Source of the DNA: Parcubacteria group bacterium
GTDB lineage: Bacteria > Patescibacteriota > Minisyncoccia > UBA10092
Direction of reading: 5' to 3'
Assembly (NCBI GenBank): GCA_016186325.1
Contig: JACPLW010000002.1
Coordinates: forward strand, 66,290 to 130,289
DNA: 64,000 nt
The translations under genes were made by a program, and so were the position numbers. Under the pieces are notes generated by a model. The model did no database searches. It was not told the origin of the DNA and saw only the letters and a program-made list of their open reading frames with translations. Each line of letters begins with the position of its first letter. Positions within the stretch are counted from its first letter, which is position 1. This document shows positions 49,249-59,129 of this stretch, piece after piece.

Positions 49249-50463
49249 ATGTCTCGAGAAGATATTATTATAGGCCTTGATGTGGGTACCACTTCTATTC
49301 AGGCGGTAGTGGCCACAAAAAAGAAGACGCAGGAAATTCCTCAAGTTATTGGCTGGGGCGAGTCAGTGGCGAAAGGAGTGCGCTGTGGTATTGTCGTTGA
49401 CATTGAGGAGGCATCGTCGGCCATAAGAGAGGCTTTTCAAAAGGCGATAAATCACGCCGGTATCAAACATAACGAAGCGGTTGTAAGCGTTGGCGGCAAC
49501 CACATTTTTGTAAGACCTTCAAAAGGCGTTGTTATCGTTTCTCGCGCCGACAGAGAAATCTCAAGAGAGGACATTCAAAGAGCGCTGGTTCAAGCCGAAG
49601 CTATACCGGCCAGTCCGAACCGAGAAATTTTGCATAATTTAGCGCGGGAATGGACGGTTGACGGCGAGGAAGGCGTCAAGGACCCGTTAGGAATGACCGG
49701 AATCAAACTCGAAGTTGACACGCTAATAATTGAAGGCGGGTTTCCGGCTTTAAAAAATCTTAGAAAAGCAGTAAATTTGGCCGGAATAAAAATTAAAGAA
49801 CTGGTTTTAGCGCCGCTTGCGGCCAGTTATGCGGTATTAAGTCCTCGCCAAAAGGAGTTGGGAACACTGGTTTTAGATATCGGCGGGGGCACCACCGGTT
49901 TAGTTGTTTTTGAAGAAGGCGATATTTTTCACGCAGCTATTTTAAAATTTGGCTCGGCTCACGCTACTCACGATTTGGTTTACGGTCTTCAGGTTGATAT
50001 AGATACGGCCGAAAAAATTAAAAGATTACATGGCTCGGCCTTGGCGGAAAGTACCAGTTCCAAGGATATTGTTGATTTGAAAAAATTAGGAGGCGATAGT
50101 TCCATTTTAAGAAAGGAAATAGCGACAATTTGCGAAGCGAGATTTTTGGATGTATTTGAGGCGGCTCAAAAAGAACTTAAAAAAGTCGGTAGAGCCGCTA
50201 TGCTGCCAGGCGGAGCAGTTCTGACCGGCGGCGGTTCCAAAATCTCGCGGCTTGATAAACTAGCAAAAAAAGAGTTAAGCCTGCCTTGCTTTAGAGGGGT
50301 GGCTCAAGGAATTTTAGGGCCGGAAGAGATTACTCAAGATCCCGTTTTTGCCACGGCTTTGGGGCTTGTAATTTGGGCTTTTAACGGACACATGTCCGAA
50401 AGGGAACCGATAGAATCCCAATGGAGTTTTATTAAATGGCTTGGGAACATTTTTATTCCTTAA
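49249..50463 (+). CDS. ftsA: Cell division protein FtsA
   Basis: GLDVGT, LDIGGGTT, VLTGGGS. Confidence 0.96.
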   Translation: MSREDIIIGLDVGTTSIQAVVATKKKTQEIPQVIGWGESVAKGVRCGIVVDIEEASSAIREAFQKAINHAGIKHNEAVVSVGGNHIFVRPSKGVVIVSRADREISREDIQRALVQAEAIPASPNREILHNLAREWTVDGEEGVKDPLGMTGIKLEVDTLIIEGGFPALKNLRKAVNLAGIKIKELVLAPLAASYAVLSPRQKELGTLVLDIGGGTTGLVVFEEGDIFHAAILKFGSAHATHDLVYGLQVDIDTAEKIKRLHGSALAESTSSKDIVDLKKLGGDSSILRKEIATICEARFLDVFEAAQKELKKVGRAAMLPGGAVLTGGGSKISRLDKLAKKELSLPCFRGVAQGILGPEEITQDPVFATALGLVIWAFNGHMSEREPIESQWSFIKWLGNIFIP

Positions 50464-50548
50464 ATTCTTATTTATAACTCCCAATTCACGACAAACCGGT
50501 TGCCAATTAATATAGGCGGTGATATATTAGTTTAAAATTACAAATTAC

Positions 50549-51673
50549 ATGGCTCGCATCAAAACCGATATTGAAACTTTTGCGCGCATCAAAGTGGTGG
50601 GCGTTGGCGGCGGCGGCGGTAATGCCGTAACCAGAATGTTTAATTCCCAGATAAAGGGCGTTGATTTTATTTTAATAAATACCGATGCTCAAGATCTCCA
50701 TAATGCCAAAGCTAATACGAAAATTCATATTGGAAAAAACCTTACAAGAGGGCTCGGCGCCGGCATGAACCCCGACGTCGGAAAACAAGCGGCCGAAGAA
50801 AACCGCGATGAAATTGCCAATGCCTTAAAGGGAGCTGATTTAGTTTTTATAACCTGCGGTTTGGGAGGAGGTACGGGTAGCGGCGCCTCTCCGATTATCG
50901 CCGACGCGGCTCATGATATTGGGGCTCTCGCAGTGGCAGTAGTTACCAAACCGTTTGCTTTTGAAGGTAAAAAAAGAACGCTTATTGCCGAAGAGGCGAT
51001 TTTAGCGCTCCGCGAGCGGGTGGACACTTTGATTACAATTCCAAATGATAAGGTTTTAAATCTTATAGATAAAAATACTTCTCTCGTTGAGGCATTCAAC
51101 ATTATTGATGATATTTTACGGCAGGGCGTTGCCGGTATTGCCGATTTAATAACTTACCCCGGCATAGTAAATGTTGATTTTGCCGACATTAAAGCAATTA
51201 TGTCTGAATCCGGCCCGGCGTTGATGGGAATTGGAAAAGGTAAGGGGGAAGACAGGGCGATTTCGGCGGCTAAATCAGCAATCAACTCGCCATTGCTTGA
51301 TATTTCAATAGATGGGGCACATGGCGTCTTGTTTAACGTTTCCGGAGGAGCCGATTTGGGGATGAGCGATGTAAACGATGCGGCAAAAGTTATAACAGAA
51401 TCAATTGACTCTGAAGCTAAAGTTATTTTCGGCGCGACGTTTGATCAGCGCCTTAAAAAAGGAGAGGTAAAAGTAACAGTAATCGCCACCGGTTTTGGCA
51501 TGAATAAGCGTAGTAATGGAAATGGTAATGGAAATGGCAGTTCGGCGGTTTTTAAACCGGACATTAATCAAGTTTTGGCGACAAGGCCGGTTATTGAAAT
51601 TATCGACGACGAAGAAGAATGGGACGCGCCGGCCTATTTAAGGCGTAAAAAAGAAAAGGATGACAAAAAGTAG
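50549..51673 (+). CDS. ftsZ: Cell division protein FtsZ
   Basis: GVGGGGGNAV, GGGTGSG, PAYLR tail. Confidence 0.99.
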   Translation: MARIKTDIETFARIKVVGVGGGGGNAVTRMFNSQIKGVDFILINTDAQDLHNAKANTKIHIGKNLTRGLGAGMNPDVGKQAAEENRDEIANALKGADLVFITCGLGGGTGSGASPIIADAAHDIGALAVAVVTKPFAFEGKKRTLIAEEAILALRERVDTLITIPNDKVLNLIDKNTSLVEAFNIIDDILRQGVAGIADLITYPGIVNVDFADIKAIMSESGPALMGIGKGKGEDRAISAAKSAINSPLLDISIDGAHGVLFNVSGGADLGMSDVNDAAKVITESIDSEAKVIFGATFDQRLKKGEVKVTVIATGFGMNKRSNGNGNGNGSSAVFKPDINQVLATRPVIEIIDDEEEWDAPAYLRRKKEKDDKK

Positions 51674-53039
51674 GGTCCTGCTCTTGATTCTACTTAGTTT
51701 TATCGGAGGAATATTTTGGTATTCATTTATATCTTCCGCCCCGCAGTTGCGGGGCGGAAGTTTTGTTTTAGGAATTTTTGTTTTGATTTGGAATTGTTAT
51801 AAATGGCGGCAAGGAAAATTAAAAGTCACGGGTTTAGTTCTGGCGTTTTGCATTTTATCTTTTGGAGTCGGTCTTTGGCGCGCCTCAAATGTTTTTGATA
51901 ATGGTTCAACTTCGTTCACCATAAATAAGGAAAAGATAATTTTAACCGGAAAAGTAGCGGCCGAGCCCGACATCCGGATTGATTTTTCCCAATATGCTTT
52001 GGACATTATGGAGTCAACGGCTCCGGAACTGAAAAATAGCGGTAGAATTCTCATTAAAACAGGTCTTTATCCGAAATACAATTACGGGGACACCATAGAA
52101 ATCAGCGGAAAGGTTGAAACTCCAGAGAACTTTTCTGATTTTGATTATCGGAGTTATCTGGCTAAAGATGGAATTTTTTGGATAAGCAGGTATCCTGAAA
52201 TCGACTTGCTCGGTAAATCAAAAAACTATGAGTTATACGGCATTCTATTTGCCATAAAAAATTCTTTTATTAATCAAATAAATGAGATTTTACCCGAACC
52301 GCAGTCGTCTTTTTTAGCCGCACTTCTTGTCGGGGCTAGGCGATCATTACCGGCGAATTTGGTTGAATCTTTTAAAAAAACCGGAACCAGCCATATTGTA
52401 GCGATTTCCGGTTATAATATTTCCATCATCGGGATAATGCTTTTTAACGTTTTAAGCTTTTTGCTTTTGCCGAGGCGATTTATTTTTTGGTTCACCGGCG
52501 CGATCATTTTTCTGTTCGTTATTATCGCCGGAGCCGAATCTTCGGTGGTTAGAGCGGCTATTATGGGAACCATTTTACTTATCAGTAAACGCGAGGGCCG
52601 GTTTTATAATGTGGCAAATGCTATTATACTTGCCGGAGCCGCTATGCTGTTTTTCAACCCTTTTTTACTTCGTTATGATGCCGGATTCCAGCTTTCTTTT
52701 TTGGCAACCCTAGGATTGGCCTACTTTTCGCCTTATTTTGAAGTTTTACTTATAAAGTTGCCGAATGTTTTTTCATTCAGAAGTAATTTAGCCGCAACTT
52801 TATCGGCTCAACTAGCCACTCTTCCCGTCGTAGTCTTCAGCTTCGGCCAGTTTTCAACACTTAGTGTCCCGGCCAACATACTGATTCTGCCGGCTATCCC
52901 TCCGACAATGTTTTTTGGGTTTTTGGCGGCAACCGTAAGTTTTATTTCCATTAAATTAGGCAGCTTTTTGGGACTAATTGCCTGGTTTTTGCTTTCTTAC
53001 CAGATTTGGGTAGTTAGGTTTTTGGGTTTTTTATCCTGA
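51660..53039 (+). CDS. comEC: ComEC/Rec2 competence channel (OB/DUF4131 + competence domain)
   Basis: HIVAISGYN, SVVRAAIM, GFQLSF. Confidence 0.93.
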   Translation: MTKSRVLLLILLSFIGGIFWYSFISSAPQLRGGSFVLGIFVLIWNCYKWRQGKLKVTGLVLAFCILSFGVGLWRASNVFDNGSTSFTINKEKIILTGKVAAEPDIRIDFSQYALDIMESTAPELKNSGRILIKTGLYPKYNYGDTIEISGKVETPENFSDFDYRSYLAKDGIFWISRYPEIDLLGKSKNYELYGILFAIKNSFINQINEILPEPQSSFLAALLVGARRSLPANLVESFKKTGTSHIVAISGYNISIIGIMLFNVLSFLLLPRRFIFWFTGAIIFLFVIIAGAESSVVRAAIMGTILLISKREGRFYNVANAIILAGAAMLFFNPFLLRYDAGFQLSFLATLGLAYFSPYFEVLLIKLPNVFSFRSNLAATLSAQLATLPVVVFSFGQFSTLSVPANILILPAIPPTMFFGFLAATVSFISIKLGSFLGLIAWFLLSYQIWVVRFLGFLS

Positions 53040-53040
53040 T

Positions 53041-53916
53041 ATGAAAAAGTTTATTTTGATAATTTTTACTATCGCAGTTATGGTCTGGTTTTTTGTTTTG
53101 ATTCCCGACACGAAAGATCTGGAGATGATTTTTTTGGATGTCGGGCAGGGAGACGCTATTCTGGTTAAAACTCCAAAAAATCAGACGTTGGTCATTGACG
53201 GCGGGCCGAACAGTAAAGTTCTGGAGAAGTTGGGGAAATACCTTTCGCCGCTTCAAAAACGGGTGGATATCGTAGTTTTAACCCACCCCCATGCCGATCA
53301 TGTTACGGGTCTTATTGAGGTTTTGAAAAGATATGATGTCGGCCTTCTTATTTTGGGCGGAGCGAATTTAAAAACCGATGTCTACAATGAATTTATAAAA
53401 ACCACTTTGGACAAAAAAGTCCTCGTTCTTATTGCCGAAAGAGGGCAGGCGATTCATTTTAGTGAAGATTTGGAATTTGACATCTTGTCGCCTTTGAGCG
53501 CAAACCAGGGCATTTTTAATAAAAAAAGCGAAGGGTTTGGAACAGCCGGCAATGAAGTTAACGACGCTTCAATTGTCGGCAAACTGATATTTAATAATTT
53601 TTCCGTCTTGCTTACCGGTGATGCCACCTCAAAAATTGAAAACCAGCTTTTGTCTTACGGAAATGCCTTAAAATCCGACATTTTAAAGGTAGGACATCAT
53701 GGCTCAAAGTATTCTTCGTCTTTTAACTTTCTTAACGCCGTTTCTCCTAAGGCCGCCATTATTGAAGTTGGGGCTAAAAATCGCTACGGCCATCCGTCGC
53801 CGGCGGCTTTAAGCCGTCTTGAAATGTTCGATATTGGCATTTTCCGCACCGATCTAAACGGCGATGTTAAAGTCGTAAGTGATGGTTTTACAACTAATAT
53901 CTACAAAGAAAAATAA
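53041..53916 (+). CDS. ComEC-associated metallo-beta-lactamase domain protein (separate gene)
   Basis: DVGQGDA, THPHADH, GHHGS, NRYGHP. Confidence 0.92.
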   Translation: MKKFILIIFTIAVMVWFFVLIPDTKDLEMIFLDVGQGDAILVKTPKNQTLVIDGGPNSKVLEKLGKYLSPLQKRVDIVVLTHPHADHVTGLIEVLKRYDVGLLILGGANLKTDVYNEFIKTTLDKKVLVLIAERGQAIHFSEDLEFDILSPLSANQGIFNKKSEGFGTAGNEVNDASIVGKLIFNNFSVLLTGDATSKIENQLLSYGNALKSDILKVGHHGSKYSSSFNFLNAVSPKAAIIEVGAKNRYGHPSPAALSRLEMFDIGIFRTDLNGDVKVVSDGFTTNIYKEK

Positions 53917-54059
53917 GTTCGTCTTTATTTGCCAGCGATCGCTGGCAAATGAAGACGATGAAGAATAAGAAATAAAAATAACCTCCCCTAAGTCAATAAA
54001 AGTTTGTTGTCAATTAAGTTTTTATATGTTAATTTGTTTCTATAAAATTATAAAAATTT

Positions 54060-54641
54060 ATGGCACAAGAACGGACCGTTGTTTTAATAAAGCCCGATGG
54101 CGTGAAACGCGGGCTCATTGGCGAAGTAATTTCACGTGTTGAAAAACGCGGTCTTAAAATTATAGCGCTTTCAATGATAAGCCCGACCCGAAAGCAAATT
54201 GACGCGCATTATCCCAAGGATTTAGCTTGGGTAAAACGCCTTGGTGAAAAATCTTTGGCAACTTACGCAAAATACGGTTGGGACGCGAAAAAAGAAATGG
54301 GCACTGACGATCCGATGAAAATCGGCAAATCTATTCGCAATTGGATTTTGGATTTTATGACTTCCGGCCCTCTAATAAAAATAGTGGTTGAAGGAATCCA
54401 TGCTGTTGATATGGTTAGAAAACTGGTCGGCAACTCTATTCCGGCGCTAGCCGAAATGGGAACAATCCGCGGTGATTTTTCGGTCGATTCGGCGGCGCTG
54501 GCCAATAAAAACAAAAGGGCGGTTCATAATTTAATCCACGCCTCGGAAACTCCCGAAGAATCAAAACATGAATTGGAATTTTGGTTTTCGCCCGAAGAAG
54601 TTTTTGATTACAAGCGGGCAGAGGAAGATATAATGTTTTGA
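54060..54641 (+). CDS. ndk: Nucleoside-diphosphate kinase
   Basis: IKPDGVKRGLIG, GTIRGDF, NLIHAS. Confidence 0.96.
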   Translation: MAQERTVVLIKPDGVKRGLIGEVISRVEKRGLKIIALSMISPTRKQIDAHYPKDLAWVKRLGEKSLATYAKYGWDAKKEMGTDDPMKIGKSIRNWILDFMTSGPLIKIVVEGIHAVDMVRKLVGNSIPALAEMGTIRGDFSVDSAALANKNKRAVHNLIHASETPEESKHELEFWFSPEEVFDYKRAEEDIMF

Positions 54642-54645
54642 ATCC

Positions 54646-55107
54646 ATGGAAGATCCGCGCCTACACATCATTGCGGTAACCGGTATCGTTGTTCGCGACA
54701 GCCGGTTTTTAATTATGAAACGTTCAGAAAAAGAAAAAGCTTATCCGGGTTACTGGACCGTGCCGGGCGGTAAAATTGTCCGCCACGAATATGAAAAAAT
54801 GCCGATAACGCCCAATACAGAGGGCTGGTATGACATTGTCGCCAAGACGCTTAAAAAAGAGATTGACGAAGAAGCGGGCATTCAGATTCATGACGTGAAA
54901 TATCTGACCGATATGACTTTTATTAGGCCGGATGACATTCCGGTATTAGTTTTAAGTTATTGGTGCCGCTATAAAAGCGGTGAGGTGCGGCTGGGCAAGG
55001 ACATGACTGATTATGCTTGGGTTACGCCAAAAGAAGCCAAAAAATATAATTTAATTCCCGGAATTTTGGATGAGATTGAGTCGGTTGATAAACTTTTAGA
55101 AATTTAG
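54646..55107 (+). CDS. NUDIX hydrolase
   Basis: WTVPGG...LKKEIDEEAG nudix-like box. Confidence 0.9.
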   Translation: MEDPRLHIIAVTGIVVRDSRFLIMKRSEKEKAYPGYWTVPGGKIVRHEYEKMPITPNTEGWYDIVAKTLKKEIDEEAGIQIHDVKYLTDMTFIRPDDIPVLVLSYWCRYKSGEVRLGKDMTDYAWVTPKEAKKYNLIPGILDEIESVDKLLEI

Positions 55108-55121
55108 TGGTACGATTAAAT

Positions 55122-55263
55122 CGGCTGGGGAGAGTTGTTTTATAAGATTTTGGCCTAATTAATTACATTAGGGAGTCTCATATCGTCCCGGCCCGTGGGT
55201 CGCGGACTGCGGACACCCACTTGGCGAAATGCCAAATTTATCTTAGAGATGACTTTCCAAGCC
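55122..55263 (+). ncRNA. Candidate structured ncRNA of unknown family
   Basis: Long G-U-rich closing stem, internal hairpins, extended -10 upstream, terminator downstream. Confidence 0.55.
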
Positions 55264-55305
55264 ACTTAAAACCCCGCAATTGCGGGGTTTTAAGTGGCTT
55301 TTTTT
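55262..55305. terminator. Terminator hairpin containing CCCCGCAATTGCGGGG
   Basis: CCACTTAAAACCCCGC-AATT-GCGGGGTTTTAAGTGG then T-run. Confidence 0.75.
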
Positions 55306-55310
55306 AAGTA

Positions 55311-56144
55311 TTATTTTTCCAATATCATTTTTGCTTCTTCAATCAGTCTTTTTGTAACATCCGGCGGCAGTTTCAGAGATTTTTGCAGTTCTTCCGGCGA
55401 TATTTTAACCAAGTCGCGCAAAAGCATAATGTTGGCTTCGCTAAAAGATTTGAGTATTGATGGGCCAATGCTCTTTAAGATTGTTACAGGATATAAACTA
55501 ACATCGTCAATCCATGTTGGAAGAGGCCTTTCTTTTGGATGGTCCCAAGAAAGCATAACCATGTTCTTGCAATGGCCATATTTAATTGAATCGTGTGAAA
55601 AGCGGCTGTTTGTAATCAGCCAGCATTCATCAAGATGGGGCACTTTGCCGATTTTTGCCGAATCAACAAGATCCAAAAATCTCGCCCAAGTCGACATTGT
55701 GTCTTTTATGGTAATGAAAATTCCAAGCTCTTGCCTTAGCTTGGCTTCAATCATAGCGGTGCGGCCTTCTTTAGCTGCAAGAACGTCAACTTCGTGGGTA
55801 ACGCAAGCGCCCTCAAGGATTGGCGGTAACTCTGTCTTGTAGCCGTAGGCCGCCAAAAGTTCGGCAATGTATTTCTCAAAATCAAAACCGGCGGGCCCGA
55901 GGCGTAAAATCGCGCTTCGCAAGTCATAGCGGCGGGAAGCAGCCGGCGCTTTTTTATCAAGCAAGGCGAGAATCATGCTATAAATTTCTTTGGTTTTCAT
56001 TCCTTCGCGAACCCTATTTTCAATTTCACCAGCAATCCGATTAGCCGTTTCTTCACTTGCTCCTGAACGCAAAATCGTCCGCTTGATCTTTAGGGCATCA
56101 AACGGCTGCGACTGTCCATTGGATTTAATTACGTTTATCGCCAT
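55311..56144 (-). CDS. ATP-cone domain + Mrr-like restriction endonuclease-fold protein
   Basis: VIKSNGQSQPFD..KI ATP cone; GFDFEKY...HEVDV...IEAK; start reassigned to MAINV because the longer ORF overlaps the tRNA. Confidence 0.85.
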   Translation of the reverse strand: MAINVIKSNGQSQPFDALKIKRTILRSGASEETANRIAGEIENRVREGMKTKEIYSMILALLDKKAPAASRRYDLRSAILRLGPAGFDFEKYIAELLAAYGYKTELPPILEGACVTHEVDVLAAKEGRTAMIEAKLRQELGIFITIKDTMSTWARFLDLVDSAKIGKVPHLDECWLITNSRFSHDSIKYGHCKNMVMLSWDHPKERPLPTWIDDVSLYPVTILKSIGPSILKSFSEANIMLLRDLVKISPEELQKSLKLPPDVTKRLIEEAKMILEK

Positions 56145-56150
56145 ATGTTT

Positions 56151-56221
56151 TCGGGGTGCCGAGAATCGAACTCGGGCTGCAAGACCCCCAGCCTCGCGTA
56201 CTGCCATTATACTACACCCCG
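56151..56221 (-). tRNA. tRNA-Pro(GGG)
   Basis: CGGGGTG acceptor stem, CTGGGGG anticodon loop, GTTCGATTC T-arm. Confidence 0.92.
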
Positions 56222-56263
56222 CCCTTGCCCGCCGAAGCTTTAGCGAAGGCGGGTTTCATTTAC

Positions 56264-56488
56264 TTATTTCTTTTTGGGCTTTGAAAGAGTTTTAATACAC
56301 TGAACACAAGCCCTGACTCTTTTTTCAGATGACCCGCTTTCGCCAAGGCTTCGGCGGGCAAGCAAAAACACCCGTTGAATATTGGGATATTTCCTTTTTT
56401 TATCTGAGGGGTTATACTTACCGCGTAGTTTATTTCTCGGCGTTAAAAGCATTGAACCTTTACCGCAAATTTCACATATCTTAGCCAT
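56264..56488 (-). CDS. rpmB: 50S ribosomal protein L28
   Basis: MAKICEICGK...PNIQ...CVQCIK. Confidence 0.9.
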   Translation of the reverse strand: MAKICEICGKGSMLLTPRNKLRGKYNPSDKKRKYPNIQRVFLLARRSLGESGSSEKRVRACVQCIKTLSKPKKK

Positions 56489-56531
56489 ATCGCTTATTTT
56501 AATGTAATTCAATACTTTTAACACAAAAACG

Positions 56532-57179
56532 ATGCCTAATCAAGTTATATTTTTTTTATATCCCCTGATTGTTTTATTATTCTCCGTTATTCTACACGAA
56601 GTGAGCCATGGTTTCTCGGCAAAACTTCAAGGTGATAATACCGCCGAAACGGCCGGCCGGCTTACTTTAAACCCCTTGCCGCATCTTGATCCTTTCGGTT
56701 CTATAATCCTGCCCCTTCTTTTGGCAATTCCGGCGTTTTTCGGGGCGCCGTCTTTTATTATCGGTTGGGCAAAGCCGGTGCCTTTTAACCCGAATAATTT
56801 AAAAAATAAAAGATGGGGGCCGGCGTTGGTGGCTTTGGCCGGCCCGTTGACCAATATAATTCTCGCGATGATCTTTGGAATTCTTATCAGATTCTCTTAT
56901 CTTATTCCGGCTTTACCGCCTTCGTTTGATATGTTCTTATCGTATATTGTTTTGATTAATTTGCTTTTGGCCATTTTTAATTTAATGCCGATTCCGCCGC
57001 TTGACGGTTCAAAAATTTTGTTTTCGGCCTTGCCGCGTCGCTGGCATAATTTTGAGACACTACTTGAACGCCAGGGATTTATTCTAATTTTGATTTTTAT
57101 CTTTTTTGGCTTTAGTCTGATTCTGCCGGTCATTTTTTCTCTTTTTAATCTAATTGCCGGCCGCCAATTCGGGTTTTAG
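56532..57179 (+). CDS. Site-2 protease (M50) family
   Basis: HEVSH, AGPLTN, FNLMPIPPLDG. Confidence 0.95.
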   Translation: MPNQVIFFLYPLIVLLFSVILHEVSHGFSAKLQGDNTAETAGRLTLNPLPHLDPFGSIILPLLLAIPAFFGAPSFIIGWAKPVPFNPNNLKNKRWGPALVALAGPLTNIILAMIFGILIRFSYLIPALPPSFDMFLSYIVLINLLLAIFNLMPIPPLDGSKILFSALPRRWHNFETLLERQGFILILIFIFFGFSLILPVIFSLFNLIAGRQFGF

Positions 57180-57336
57180 GGGCCTTTTGAAAAACTTGAC
57201 TTTTTGGCCTAGATCGACTAACATATAAGGACAACACGGAATCTCTGCTAAAGCGGGGATTTTTTGTTTGCCTGAAAGGTCTATTTTAAGCCAAAATTGG
57301 TTGAATATTGGCACAGTTAAGCCAAAAGTTTAAAGC

Positions 57337-57861
57337 ATGAATTCAAAAATTATGAACAAAACATTAAAATTAAGCCGCTTTTGCTTCATTAGAGCCAAAG
57401 TGCTAGCGATTATTCTGGTTTTAGCTGTGAACATTCCTGCTCATAGCGTTTCCGCGGCTTGGGATTTTAAAGGCGTAATGGCGACTATTAGCGGTAAAAA
57501 TGGTGATTATTTCAGTTCTCTTGTGGCTACCGGTGATTCGGTTATGGCGGTAAATATGTCTAAGGTGCCTAATACGATAAGAACGACTTTAACCGCCTAT
57601 TCTTCCACGCCTGACCAGACCGACGATACGCCTTTTACCACCGCTTCAAATACCATGGTTCGCGACGGCGTTATTGCTTCCAACTTTTTGGCGTTTGGCA
57701 CTAAAGTGCAGATTCCGGAAATTTTCGGCGACAAGGTGTTTACTGTTGAAGATCGGATGGCGCGCAAGCATCCCGATAAAATAGATATTTGGTTTCTTGA
57801 AAGACATTCGGCAACAAAGTTCGGCATAGTAAAAGATGCCGAAGTAATCATCTTGGATTAA
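57337..57861 (+). CDS. 3D-domain secreted protein
   Basis: TAYSST.DQTD.TPF.TAS, FGTKV, EDRM, IDIW. Confidence 0.85.
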   Translation: MNSKIMNKTLKLSRFCFIRAKVLAIILVLAVNIPAHSVSAAWDFKGVMATISGKNGDYFSSLVATGDSVMAVNMSKVPNTIRTTLTAYSSTPDQTDDTPFTTASNTMVRDGVIASNFLAFGTKVQIPEIFGDKVFTVEDRMARKHPDKIDIWFLERHSATKFGIVKDAEVIILD

Positions 57862-57930
57862 CAAAACAAAAATACTCCCATTAGGGGGTGTTTTTGTTTA
57901 TGCTGCGCACTTCGTAGCTTTAGCGAAGAA

Positions 57931-57951
57931 GTGGGCGAGGAGAGAGTCGAA
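57931..57951. repeat. att-like direct repeat of the tRNA-Leu(TAA) 3' end
   Basis: GTGGGCGAGGAGAGAGTCGAA identical to 60777-60797. Confidence 0.85.
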
Positions 57952-58022
57952 AAACTTGACACTTCGGTAGATATATTATTTAATTAAGCTAGTAACTTTA
58001 GTTCTTTTGTGGAAGGAGAATA

Positions 58023-58955
58023 ATGGTTTCGATGGGAGAACTTAGAGATCTTGCGAATCTTTCGAAACTTATTTGGAAGATGAATAGAAAACAAGAATTC
58101 GGGTTCAGCTTTAATGTAGCCGATCGTTGCCCAATAGGATGTGACTGCTATTGGCGAGCTCAGCGAAGAGTTAAGGAACTATCAGACGATCAAGTTATTA
58201 AATTCTTTAACGAAAAGAAAGAGAAGGGGTATCTCATTGTAACATTGGTGGGCGGTGAGCCATATGTTAGGCCAGAGCTTCTTGAAAAAATAACACCTAT
58301 CATACCGGCAAATTGGCTTGTCACATCTGGGACAACTCCTCTTAGAAAATTTCCCTGTACCACTCATTTCGTATCTGTTGATGGAGTAAATGCTGAAACA
58401 CACGATGCTGTGCGAAAAAGTTCGGGTCTTTATAACAGAATTATTAAGAACATCAGTAGAGCTCGCGCCGCGTGGCAAATTTTCCCAATATATATACATA
58501 CAGTTCTTAATACTAAAAACCAAAATCAGGTCAGAGAGATTCTTCGGACTTGGCTTAGTAATGGACTTGCAGATGGTGTTGTGTTTAGCACTCATACGCC
58601 CATAAAAGGAGCGGGAGACAGTACATTGCGCCTCTCAAGATTTGAGCGTATTAATATTGTTAAAGAACTTCAGAGGTGTAAAGATGAATTTGGCGATTTT
58701 CTAGTTAATACTAAGGCAATGATTCGGTTTTTACATCCTGATTTTACCGATAGTCAAAATCCAACTAAGTGTGGCACGGCACATTTTGTTCCTTCTTTTG
58801 ATGCATCTGGTGGGCGGATGAAACAGTGCATTCTTTCAGAAAAGGCTGATTGTACTCAATGCGGTTGTGTAATAACAACAATGATAGAAACCGTTAGGCA
58901 TTTCCCTCCAGATTTAAGCAGCCTTCGGAGTCTTGCAAAACTCAGGACAAATTAA
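58023..58955 (+). CDS. Radical SAM protein
   Basis: CPIGCDCY (CxxxCxC variant), GGEP, SVDG, C-terminal Cys cluster. Confidence 0.85.
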   Translation: MVSMGELRDLANLSKLIWKMNRKQEFGFSFNVADRCPIGCDCYWRAQRRVKELSDDQVIKFFNEKKEKGYLIVTLVGGEPYVRPELLEKITPIIPANWLVTSGTTPLRKFPCTTHFVSVDGVNAETHDAVRKSSGLYNRIIKNISRARAAWQIFPIYIHTVLNTKNQNQVREILRTWLSNGLADGVVFSTHTPIKGAGDSTLRLSRFERINIVKELQRCKDEFGDFLVNTKAMIRFLHPDFTDSQNPTKCGTAHFVPSFDASGGRMKQCILSEKADCTQCGCVITTMIETVRHFPPDLSSLRSLAKLRTN

Positions 58956-59129
58956 TCAAATAAGATTTATCTATTTTGATTATGAAAAACCGTCCAGCAT
59001 TTTGGCGGTTTTATTTTATCATTGAACATTTTTTTTGTTGGCGAACCTGCCTTCGCTAAAACTCCGGTGGAATTATACAACTCCGCTCGAACATTTTTTG
59101 AAGGGAGGCCAGAATTTTTTCGCCGCCAA

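Noticed and set aside
51660-53916. comEC split as a possible pseudogene
   Set aside because: The second gene has its own start and N-terminal anchor; two-gene comEC arrangements are common
55122-55263. HDV-like ribozyme or SRP RNA assignment
   Set aside because: Helix order does not fit the HDV nested double pseudoknot, and the SRP helix-8 motif is absent
56145-56207. N-terminal extension of the ATP-cone protein in the ORF track
   Set aside because: It overlaps tRNA-Pro; the real start is MAINV at 56144
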